A stretch of 64,000 bases of DNA from positions 147,098-211,097 of the IMG/VR virus record IMGVR_UViG_3300016471_001002, one strand, 5' to 3'. Of this stretch, positions 40,688-47,904 are shown in pieces. Source of the DNA: a virus. Taxonomy: Duplodnaviria; Caudoviricetes. Every line of letters starts with the position of its first letter. Within the stretch, counting starts at the first letter, position 1. Made by a program: the position numbers and the translations under genes. The notes below the pieces were generated by a model. The model ran no database searches. It was not told where the DNA came from and saw only the letters and a list, made by a program, of their open reading frames with translations.

Positions 40688-40852
40688 ATGCCGAGAAACA
40701 AAAAGACAGCATCGTTAAAAGCCGGGATAACCTTTCTTAGTTTCTTATCCCAACTTGCTTCAATTCAAGAAGATAAAGGGAAAAAGAAAGAAATCGATAA
40801 CACAAACAGGTTATTAAAAGCCCTAAGATATCTTCTAGGAATTGAAAGATAA
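40688..40852 (+). CDS. small basic hypothetical protein
   Basis: MPRNKK start, 54 aa. Confidence 0.4.
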   Translation: MPRNKKTASLKAGITFLSFLSQLASIQEDKGKKKEIDNTNRLLKALRYLLGIER

Positions 40853-40856
40853 ACTG

Positions 40857-41093
40857 TCAATCCTCTGATGCTCGTCTTGATGCATGGATAAAAGAAATTA
40901 CCATTGCGCAGATGATATGCCATCCTAAAGAGGATCGACTAAAACTAGCCCATGGCCAATTAAAAGCCGCACCCAAAATCCAAAAACCTATTCCAAAAAA
41001 TAATCCTGCAAGAGGTGCAGTGCATCCATAAACTAATACCTTAGGATAAAACACTATCATGCAGACAACAAAAATAATCCACAAAATAGGCAT
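40857..41093 (-). CDS. small membrane protein
   Basis: Hydrophobic segments; AGGA upstream. Confidence 0.55.
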   Translation of the reverse strand: MPILWIIFVVCMIVFYPKVLVYGCTAPLAGLFFGIGFWILGAAFNWPWASFSRSSLGWHIICAMVISFIHASRRASED

Positions 41094-41113
41094 ATTGTTT
41101 TCCTAACAATATT

Positions 41114-41311
41114 TCAAAACTTTTTTTCAATTACCGTAAGAGTGTCTGGATCAACAAAATCGAAGACTTTAGGATCACCCACCTTACAAATACGAGCCTG
41201 AATGACGTCGAGCTCATAGTTCTTGGCAATCTTTGTGATCATCCACGATCCTTCAAATCCATCGCGGGTGACAAAATCTCCTGTGATTACTCGCTTCTTC
41301 TTCTTTTCCAT
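41114..41311 (-). CDS. small SH3-like hypothetical protein
   Basis: VITGDFV motif; start moved to MEKKK. Confidence 0.5.
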   Translation of the reverse strand: MEKKKKRVITGDFVTRDGFEGSWMITKIAKNYELDVIQARICKVGDPKVFDFVDPDTLTVIEKKF

Positions 41312-41449
41312 GTTCCCCAACATACCACCTTGTCTATCTACTTTACACAACTTTGTGGGCCATCCCCGTCCTGCCCGGGGGACCTCCACTTTATCAGAGT
41401 GGCTATCTAACTAACTGATATAATGGCCCTTGTATTCTTACGTTTTATC

Positions 41450-41526
41450 TGGCGGGATAGATGGGGTTCGAACCCACGACCTTCGCAGTGACAGTGCGAT
41501 ATTCTAACCAACTGAACTACTATCCC
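41450..41526 (-). tRNA. trnD: tRNA-Asp (GUC)
   Basis: GGGATAG/CTATCCC-G-CCA; anticodon arm TCGCA-CTGTCAC-TGCGA; T-loop TTCGAAC. Confidence 0.92.
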
Positions 41527-42332
41527 AGTCTTGATATATATTTCTCATTCCACCATTTAATCTTTTCTTGTAACTGTTCAAGCGTCATTCCACATTTTTT
41601 GCCTTTGGACACATTTAAGTTGTGAACCATTAATCTACAATTTGCTGGATGAGAAATTATGCTTGGGTCTATGTTGTTTTCAAATCCATATTTTACGGAT
41701 ATGATGTGATCTCTTGAAACACCGTCGAGATTATTTCCGCGATTTTTTGCAGAATACCAACCATACTTTTCTATCAAAGTAAAGTCGAATTCTTCGGGAT
41801 AATCGGCTAAATTAAACTTAAAACAACAAAGAGTTCTATAATATTTTAGTCCTGCTTTGTCAAGAAGCGGGTATCGAATCTTCGTGCTGCATTCAACTGA
41901 ACAACATTTTTGATGAGGATGCTTTGAACTAACAACAAATCCGTTATTACATCCTTGACAAATTTTCGTGATTCTTTCAGAGATTATTCTTCCAGAAAGT
42001 TTCTTTCTTACTTTTTCTTTAAAGACTTCTGATCTAGGTCCTCTACTGTTTGCACAAGACCTTGAGCAGAAATAAATGTCTCTTTCTGGATGTCTCTTTT
42101 CTCTTTCTTTAACAAAGAAGTGAACATAACAACGTTCACATGTCACATCATATTCTCTTACTTCTCCAAATTCATTTTTATAACGTTCAATGGTTTTTTG
42201 AGAACACTTTGATGCGCCCTTGTCACCGTTTGTAAGGTTTTTATCACACCATCTTACATGATTTGCAAACACTTTTCCTTCCTCGTTTGGAAAAAAAGTG
42301 TTGCAGTACTTACACGTTCTATCTTGTCTCAT
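41520..42332 (-). CDS. putative HNH homing endonuclease with Zn-binding repeats
   Basis: CKYC..NHVRWC, CERC..FCSRSC, CQGC..CCSVEC; GVSRDHIISV...HPANC...HNLN; stop codon lies inside the tRNA-Asp acceptor stem. Confidence 0.8.
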   Translation of the reverse strand: MRQDRTCKYCNTFFPNEEGKVFANHVRWCDKNLTNGDKGASKCSQKTIERYKNEFGEVREYDVTCERCYVHFFVKEREKRHPERDIYFCSRSCANSRGPRSEVFKEKVRKKLSGRIISERITKICQGCNNGFVVSSKHPHQKCCSVECSTKIRYPLLDKAGLKYYRTLCCFKFNLADYPEEFDFTLIEKYGWYSAKNRGNNLDGVSRDHIISVKYGFENNIDPSIISHPANCRLMVHNLNVSKGKKCGMTLEQLQEKIKWWNEKYISRLG

Positions 42333-42376
42333 ACTAATAAGTATGGACCTGCTTTTAATCGAACCTGTTTTATTTG

Positions 42377-42448
42377 TGGAGAATCCCGGCTACGCTCCGG
42401 GCACTGCTGCGTGCAAGGCAACTGTTTTCCTGAATAAACTAATTCCCC
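42377..42448 (-). tRNA. trnA: tRNA-Ala (UGC), non-canonical T-loop
   Basis: GGGGAAT/ATTCTCC-A; loop CTTGCAC; T-arm CCCGG-AGCGTAG-CCGGG. Confidence 0.8.
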
Positions 42449-42498
42449 GATGAACTACCGGCCCTAACTCTAATAAGTATTAGTCACTTTGCGTTTTG

Positions 42499-42581
42499 TG
42501 GAACGGGACAGATTCGAACTGCCGTAGACATACGCCAACGCGTTTACAGCGCGTCCCCTTTAGCCACTCGGGCACCGTTCC
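42499..42581 (-). tRNA. trnY: tRNA-Tyr (GUA)
   Basis: GGAACGG/CCGTTCC-A; loop CTGTAAA; long variable arm; TTCGAAT. Confidence 0.92.
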
Positions 42582-42582
42582 G

Positions 42583-42658
42583 TGGAGCCACCTGCCGGAA
42601 TTGCACCAGCGACCGGGACTTTACAAGGGTCCTGCTCTGCTAACTGAGCTAAGGTGGC
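42583..42658 (-). tRNA. trnT: tRNA-Thr (UGU)
   Basis: GCCACCT/AGGTGGC-T-CCA; loop CTTGTAA; T-loop TGCAATT. Confidence 0.88.
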
Positions 42659-42671
42659 GTAATCTATGTTG

Positions 42672-42866
42672 TCAAGGTGGTAAAATTGTTTGTCCGTCAG
42701 AGGGAGGAATTTGTTTCCATTCCTCACAATTTTCAATGTAAAGATATCTTTCTTGAACTTTTTGTATACATTGCGCAGAAGGATGTTTGATTTTTTTTTG
42801 CTTTTTAGTTGGAAAGCAAGCGCACGTTAGAGCGAGTGCATATAATAATAAAGCTTTTTTTAACAT
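42672..42866 (-). CDS. small putative lipoprotein
   Basis: LALTCAC lipobox-like. Confidence 0.45.
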   Translation of the reverse strand: MLKKALLLYALALTCACFPTKKQKKIKHPSAQCIQKVQERYLYIENCEEWKQIPPSDGQTILPP

Positions 42867-43078
42867 TGCTCTCCAAATAGCACGTTAAACTCATCCTCGT
42901 ACATTTTAGAGACTCTGCCCATAAAATCTACTGATTCGATCGTGTCCATTACAATTGATTCATCTCCAATGAACATCTTGATTCGACCGCGGCTGGATAC
43001 ATACACACGCAAATTATCCTTGGAGTATGAAAACTTCCAAGTCTCGGCACGATCAAGAAGAGATACGACGTTATTCAT
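42860..43078 (-). CDS. hypothetical protein
   Basis: 72-aa ORF inside the tRNA cluster. Confidence 0.55.
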   Translation of the reverse strand: MNNVVSLLDRAETWKFSYSKDNLRVYVSSRGRIKMFIGDESIVMDTIESVDFMGRVSKMYEDEFNVLFGEQC

Positions 43079-43116
43079 GGTTCTTAATATAAAACAATCA
43101 AGTTAAAGTTTACACT

Positions 43117-43193
43117 TGGTGACCCTACTGGGTGCTGCCCCCAGTTTTTCGCCTTGAAAGGGCGACGACTTAGCTGACGTGGTCGATAGGGCC
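43117..43193 (-). tRNA. trnE: tRNA-Glu (UUC), non-canonical T-loop
   Basis: GGCCCTA/TAGGGTC-A-CCA; TCGCC-CTTTCAA-GGCGA; T-arm CTGGG-GGCAGCA-CCCAG. Confidence 0.82.
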
Positions 43194-43194
43194 A

Positions 43195-43268
43195 TGGTTG
43201 GGGAACTAGGATTCGAACCTAGATAAAGAGATTCAAAGTCTCTTGTCCTGCCTTTGAACGATTCCCCA
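43195..43268 (-). tRNA. trnQ: tRNA-Gln (UUG)
   Basis: TGGGGAA/TTCCCCA-A-CCA; AGAGA-CTTTGAA-TCTCT; TTCGAAT. Confidence 0.92.
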
Positions 43269-43269
43269 G

Positions 43270-43356
43270 CGGAGAGACAGGGATTCGAACCCTGGGTACC
43301 CGTTAAGATACACAGCATTTCCAATGCTGCTCCATCGGCCTCTCGGACATCTCTCC
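43270..43356 (-). tRNA. trnS: tRNA-Ser (GGA)
   Basis: GGAGAGA/TCTCTCC-G; CAGCA-TTGGAAA-TGCTG; long variable arm. Confidence 0.92.
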
Positions 43357-43363
43357 AATTTTG

Positions 43364-43442
43364 AGCGGGTGGACGGACTCGAACCGACGATGCTTTCGCG
43401 GGAGGTTGGAAACCTCCTGCCATACCACTAGGCGACACCCGC
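43364..43442 (-). tRNA. trnG: tRNA-Gly (UCC) with enlarged variable region
   Basis: GCGGGTG/CACCCGC-T; GGAGG-TTTCCAA-CCTCC; 12-nt variable region CGCGAAAGCATC. Confidence 0.85.
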
Positions 43443-43519
43443 AAGATTAAGTTATCAACTTATCGATTATATTGTTAAAGACATGAAATGTATTCGTCAA
43501 CGTTGAAATTTTAAAAACA

Positions 43520-43891
43520 TTAAATCTTACATGAATCATCGCAACGACCGGTCCACTTCAGCCGATTTTTTGCGAAGATTTTATATCCCCAATCAAGAAG
43601 ATGAGAGATTCCTGGCCAACGAGTTACTTTAACAATCCAGCCAAATCCCACTGCTGTATAGAGATGACGGAAAACTTCTACGCCTTCGATCATTGTTCCG
43701 TCAGGGAGTTTACCATTGATTTTGTCCATCAACGCTTGCCATTCGGGAGTTCCTCGTTTATCGTAAAAATCCTGACCAGCAATGTCAGTGAACTTGATCT
43801 TGCTCTTCTTGTCCAACCTTCGCAGCATGTTGATTTCACGGATGCAAAGAGGGCAATCACCATCAAAAAAAACTTCTATATCCCAAGTCAT
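43520..43891 (-). CDS. DCC1/DUF393-family thiol-disulfide oxidoreductase
   Basis: [14 protein letters not shown]...GVEVFRHLY...[15 protein letters not shown]. Confidence 0.88.
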   Translation of the reverse strand: MTWDIEVFFDGDCPLCIREINMLRRLDKKSKIKFTDIAGQDFYDKRGTPEWQALMDKINGKLPDGTMIEGVEVFRHLYTAVGFGWIVKVTRWPGISHLLDWGYKIFAKNRLKWTGRCDDSCKI

Positions 43892-43931
43892 GTTTTATTA
43901 TACACAAATATAAATATCGAATTGAGGATTT

Positions 43932-44693
43932 TCATTCTCTTATTAAACCATTGTCGATGATAATCTTCACGATTTCTTTCGATATAGCCGTGTCAGAAGG
44001 ATAATGAATGCCGACCAACTCTCTACTTCTGGCTATCTTGTCTCCTAGAGCATACAATTCAATTGCAGCATCAGGATACTTCCTGGCATAATATTCGCTC
44101 ATCATGAAACCTGCCATAGCATGACCGCCTGGGTAAGACGCTGACATCGCATCTGTACGCATCAATGGATACAAGGCAAGGCCATAAGACTTGGCTAACT
44201 GATATGGTCTTGGACGATTAATGATGTCTTTTAAGTGATAGAGAAGCCCTTCATTCTGGGTCTCGATCTCGAAGAATCTACCCATGTCCTCTTCATGTCC
44301 TTTTTCTGACAACAGGTCGATAAAAGTCTGCGCCAAATTACTCAAATCATCGACGTAACGAGCAAAGGTAATGTCTTCAGACGTCGCTGAATTCACTAAT
44401 TCCAAAAGAATGTTTAAATCTTCTCTTGTCGTTTCGCTGTCGTTTGCCGGTGCCGATCGACAAATTTCATCTACCAATCCGTGGTTAATGAACCAGTTCT
44501 TGATAAAATCTTCAGTGTTTTTGGCAATCTTGTGAAACTCCAGCGGAGGATTTCCGTAATTTACGACGTCGACGTCGCCGACGGGTTCGGCAGGCAAAGT
44601 TTTAGCAACAAAACCTTCGTCAGGCGTGAGGGCCGGCCTCAGCTCGACCTCCTCCCGGATCAACTTCCTCAATTCACTCAATCGTATCTTCAT
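43932..44693 (-). CDS. PAP2/vanadium-haloperoxidase-superfamily phosphatase with shared leader
   Basis: Start MKIRLSELRKLIREEV; K..INRPRPYQ, SYPGGHA, SRELVGIHYPSD motifs. Confidence 0.8.
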   Translation of the reverse strand: MKIRLSELRKLIREEVELRPALTPDEGFVAKTLPAEPVGDVDVVNYGNPPLEFHKIAKNTEDFIKNWFINHGLVDEICRSAPANDSETTREDLNILLELVNSATSEDITFARYVDDLSNLAQTFIDLLSEKGHEEDMGRFFEIETQNEGLLYHLKDIINRPRPYQLAKSYGLALYPLMRTDAMSASYPGGHAMAGFMMSEYYARKYPDAAIELYALGDKIARSRELVGIHYPSDTAISKEIVKIIIDNGLIRE

Positions 44694-44742
44694 AACAGAT
44701 AAATATACCATGTTCCCCCTCTCGGGAGATAAATAAAAGTTC

Positions 44743-45396
44743 TCACTCGACAGGCAAAGGCTTCCAAACAATCTTGTAGACATTAATGTCCCCGAGACCG
44801 ATAACCTCAGCCTCGTCGCTAAATCCTGCAATGTAGTCAAGCTGATACAAGTGTCCGGGACCTGTAACAAACTTATTGGGGTTATCAGCCACCTTGGCGC
44901 ATAATGTGACAGAGACAGAACCAGGAGTTTTTAAAACGCTACGCTTCGTGGAAAACCTATTAGAGATAGTGTCATCCATCGTCCAGGAAGATCCACCTCC
45001 GTTCTTCGGCTTGAACACGGTGTCAACCTCCCGTTCTCCAGACTTGGGAACCTGCGCCGCGCTAGCAACACCAAGGAACTTCGCCAACCACTGCCGACTC
45101 ACCTTCATACCCCTGAAAACCTCGCTCGAATCGGGAGGAGAAAAGACGCTGGGATACAGTCCCTTCGCCAACAGGTCCTCGATCCACATTGCCTCCTCAG
45201 CATTCAACTTTGAGTTCCTGACAACGTGGTCCTCCAAGGCGTTAAACAACTTCACTTCCAACGGCGTGTCTGGTTCCGGAGGCAGTCCCCTCCTGTACTT
45301 GGGAAACGCGAACCGACCCAACGGAGAATCCTCAGGAGCTTCACCCTCGATCTCCTCCCGGATCAACCTCCTCAACTCACTCAACCGGATCTTCAT
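44743..45396 (-). CDS. putative ADP-ribosyltransferase-like protein with shared leader
   Basis: MKIRLSELRRLIREEI; VFRGM (R), SSWT (S), DEAEVI (ExE) in R-S-E order. Confidence 0.55.
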   Translation of the reverse strand: MKIRLSELRRLIREEIEGEAPEDSPLGRFAFPKYRRGLPPEPDTPLEVKLFNALEDHVVRNSKLNAEEAMWIEDLLAKGLYPSVFSPPDSSEVFRGMKVSRQWLAKFLGVASAAQVPKSGEREVDTVFKPKNGGGSSWTMDDTISNRFSTKRSVLKTPGSVSVTLCAKVADNPNKFVTGPGHLYQLDYIAGFSDEAEVIGLGDINVYKIVWKPLPVE

Positions 45397-45441
45397 GGGG
45401 TATAACTATACTCCCAGGGCGGAGACAATCTCTAAAAATAC

Positions 45442-45639
45442 TCAACCTCCAACCACGGCCCGAAGATCAACCACCCTTCGACACTGATATCCTTCGTCAT
45501 CTAAACAATCACGACACCCGACACAAGATAATCCACCCTCTTCGGTCTCATGTAGTCCACCACAGGAACACTCATAGACGTATCCCTTCTCAATGCAACT
45601 AAGATAGTACGATATCAACAACGGCTCTGGATTGTCCAT
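45442..45639 (-). CDS. small Cys-rich hypothetical protein
   Basis: CSCG..H, CVGCRDC; GGAG upstream. Confidence 0.5.
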   Translation of the reverse strand: MDNPEPLLISYYLSCIEKGYVYECSCGGLHETEEGGLSCVGCRDCLDDEGYQCRRVVDLRAVVGG

Positions 45640-45752
45640 ACTCGTATATTATTACTCCACCTCACGCCACAATGACAATAATTCTCAAAAATAAAGATGG
45701 TTTCTAAACAGCAAATATAGTTAAAAATCCTAAATAAAGGAAATCAACATCG

Positions 45753-46145
45753 ATGAAACACAACGCAGGCCTACACATAATTCTAGACGGATACGTCAGA
45801 GATCCAAGCGTCTTCAACGCACCGGCACTAAAGAACGCTTTTGAAAAATTAGCCGAAGCTCTAGAAATGAAGATCATCATGGGCCCAGACTTCCTAGAGG
45901 TCGAACTAGATCCGACAAAACTCCAGTCAGAAACCTTCCAAGACGAAGGCGGAATCACAGGCATGTGCGTCATCTCCACGTCTCACATGTCCATCCACTG
46001 CTGGCCCATCAGAAAGTGTTTCTCCATGGACGTCTTCTCCTGCAAGGACTTCGACGGAGACAAAGCCAAGGACATCATCTGGAATCTCCTCGGGGTAGAG
46101 GAAGGAAACCTGGTCGCTGTCAATCGCTACTTCCCTCGAAAATGA
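45753..46145 (+). CDS. speD: S-adenosylmethionine decarboxylase proenzyme
   Basis: GLHIILDGY...GGITGMCVISTSHMSIHCWP...MDVFSCKDFD. Confidence 0.9.
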   Translation: MKHNAGLHIILDGYVRDPSVFNAPALKNAFEKLAEALEMKIIMGPDFLEVELDPTKLQSETFQDEGGITGMCVISTSHMSIHCWPIRKCFSMDVFSCKDFDGDKAKDIIWNLLGVEEGNLVAVNRYFPRK

Positions 46146-46344
46146 AGATGCTTTAATCTTCATTGAACAATAAAATCCCACAAACAACACGATCAAGCTG
46201 AGAACATGCCTCGGCTTGATTTGTTTCAAGAACTTATTCATTTCAGGCGTGACAATCAATCCAATCATCAGCAACAAAAAACTAAAAATGTATTTCATGA
46301 ACGTATCATCCTTCGAAGCCGCGGACAATTTCTAAAAACGCTCA

Positions 46345-47100
46345 TTAAGTCGATACTTTGCAAACTGGTATCGGCAACATCTTATGCAAATTTGCATTAT
46401 GATGCTTCGTGTACGTTTCAACCCACTTCTTCTGTTCATCCGTCATTTCATCGACCTTATCAAGGTTCTCCATCACCCATTCCAATTGTTCATACGTCGC
46501 ACCAATCTGCTGTTCATCCGTTCGATCATCATCCCATAATCCATCCGTCGGCGGAGCATCAATAATCTCTTGCAAAACGCCAAGCTTCTTCGCCATCTCC
46601 CAAACTTCACTCTTATATAAATCTGCAATCGGTGAAATGTCCACACCCCCATCACCATATTTCGTAAAGAAACCTACACCAAAATCTTCAACCTTATTCC
46701 CAGTTCCCACAACAAGACCATTATGATTGGACGCTATCTGATACAACGTCACCATCCTCAATCTAGATTTCGTGTTTGCCAATGACAATCCGGATTTTTC
46801 TTCGCTAGAGAAAAGATCAATAAAAACATCATACGCATCAGATAAATCTATCACACGATGTTCAACATTCGAATACTTCTTAACAAGCCATGCACCCTGT
46901 GCCATCGATAAGTCATGCAACTTCTCAGCCTGATGCAACGGCAAGCTAACCACAATCGTCTTCATGGAAGTCTCTGCACACAACGTCGATACCAACGCTG
47001 AATCAATCCCACCCGAAATCCCAACAACCAACGCATCCTTTCGACTCCGCGCGGCATAATCAACAATCCACTCAACAATCTTCTTGTCCTCTTTCATCAT
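46345..47100 (-). CDS. nadE: NH3-dependent NAD+ synthetase
   Basis: VVGISGGIDSA, NTKSRLRM, GTGNKVE..VGFFTKYGDGG..ISPIADLYK, PTDGLW...TDEQQIG; start moved to MMKEDKK. Confidence 0.93.
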   Translation of the reverse strand: MMKEDKKIVEWIVDYAARSRKDALVVGISGGIDSALVSTLCAETSMKTIVVSLPLHQAEKLHDLSMAQGAWLVKKYSNVEHRVIDLSDAYDVFIDLFSSEEKSGLSLANTKSRLRMVTLYQIASNHNGLVVGTGNKVEDFGVGFFTKYGDGGVDISPIADLYKSEVWEMAKKLGVLQEIIDAPPTDGLWDDDRTDEQQIGATYEQLEWVMENLDKVDEMTDEQKKWVETYTKHHNANLHKMLPIPVCKVST

Positions 47101-47160
47101 CAATTCCCTCTCACACTTACTATACACCCATATCCCCGGCGCGGACAATTTCTAAAAACA

Positions 47161-47460
47161 CTCAACCCAACACCCCAACTCACGCCCTAACCACAACACC
47201 CATACCAACTACGACTCCCCCTACTAGACAAACCCCCACCTATCCTACACCTACGTTAACTCAATCTAATACTACCCAACCTACTACAATGTAACTTATC
47301 CCCCTATACCACATACTACACCCCAGCCCTACACATCCAACTCTATCCATATCACACCCACATCTCTACTACACCGTCTACACCACTCTACAAATATACT
47401 CGCTTACCACTTCATACCACTCCCTACCACCTCCAAAAAACCACCCCTCACAGGCTCCAA
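47161..47460. other. non-coding, almost G-free tract (left arm of skew inversion; candidate origin region)
   Basis: 10 G in 300 nt by hand count; no credible ORF. Confidence 0.6.
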
Positions 47461-47561
47461 TAGACGGTGGTCGACACGCTCTAGAGGGCACTTTACCACC
47501 CCATCACTCGTGACAAGTGGACACGCCCATCATGCTATCAGGCAACTCTACACCACAACGG

Positions 47562-47598
47562 AAAATAAAAAAGCCTTCTGCGAGAGGGCTAGAAGGCT
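47562..47598 (-). terminator. Rho-independent terminator (minus strand)
   Basis: AGCCTTCT-N11-AGAAGGCT hairpin followed on the minus strand by TTTTTTATTTT. Confidence 0.6.
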
Positions 47599-47747
47599 GT
47601 GGGTCTAGAGTGTACTTAGCTCTATAAGAAACATATATATTCGCTGCCGAATAAAAAGTACCGCAGAAAGTGCTGCCGACGTGCACTTTTTTTATTCAGG
47701 TTTGTGGTAGGCAGATGATCCGTGGCGGTGTCACGTGTAGTTTGATC

Positions 47748-47904
47748 TCCACTAGCACGAAAAGCAGACCGAAAGTGGTTCCTTGAAGCGTGGGAGGGTT
47801 GTGGTGGGATGAGAAGGGTGGAGGAGTGAGCCGGTTGAGCAGGAGAGTGGGTGGGGTGTGTGTCTGAAGGCGTCCACTAGCACGAAAAGCAGACCGAAAG
47901 TGGT
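47748..47904. repeat. 32-bp perfect direct repeat, two copies
   Basis: TCCACTAGCACGAAAAGCAGACCGAAAGTGGT at 47748-47779 and 47873-47904. Confidence 0.9.

Noticed and set aside
43103-43444. 113-aa ORF, and similar ORFs at 42496-42741, 55929-56300 and 56104-56367
   Set aside because: These are translations of tRNA genes
44694-44870. N-terminal extension of the PAP2-like ORF given in the track
   Set aside because: It overlaps the ART-like gene; the leader peptide and promoter motif place the start at 44693
45927-46328. 133-aa minus-strand ORF
   Set aside because: Its 3' half is antisense to speD; only the hydrophobic 5' part is plausible, so it was left uncalled
47748-47904. Hammerhead or other self-cleaving ribozyme in the 32-bp repeats
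   Set aside because: GAAA is present but the CUGANGA core is not found on either strand by eye
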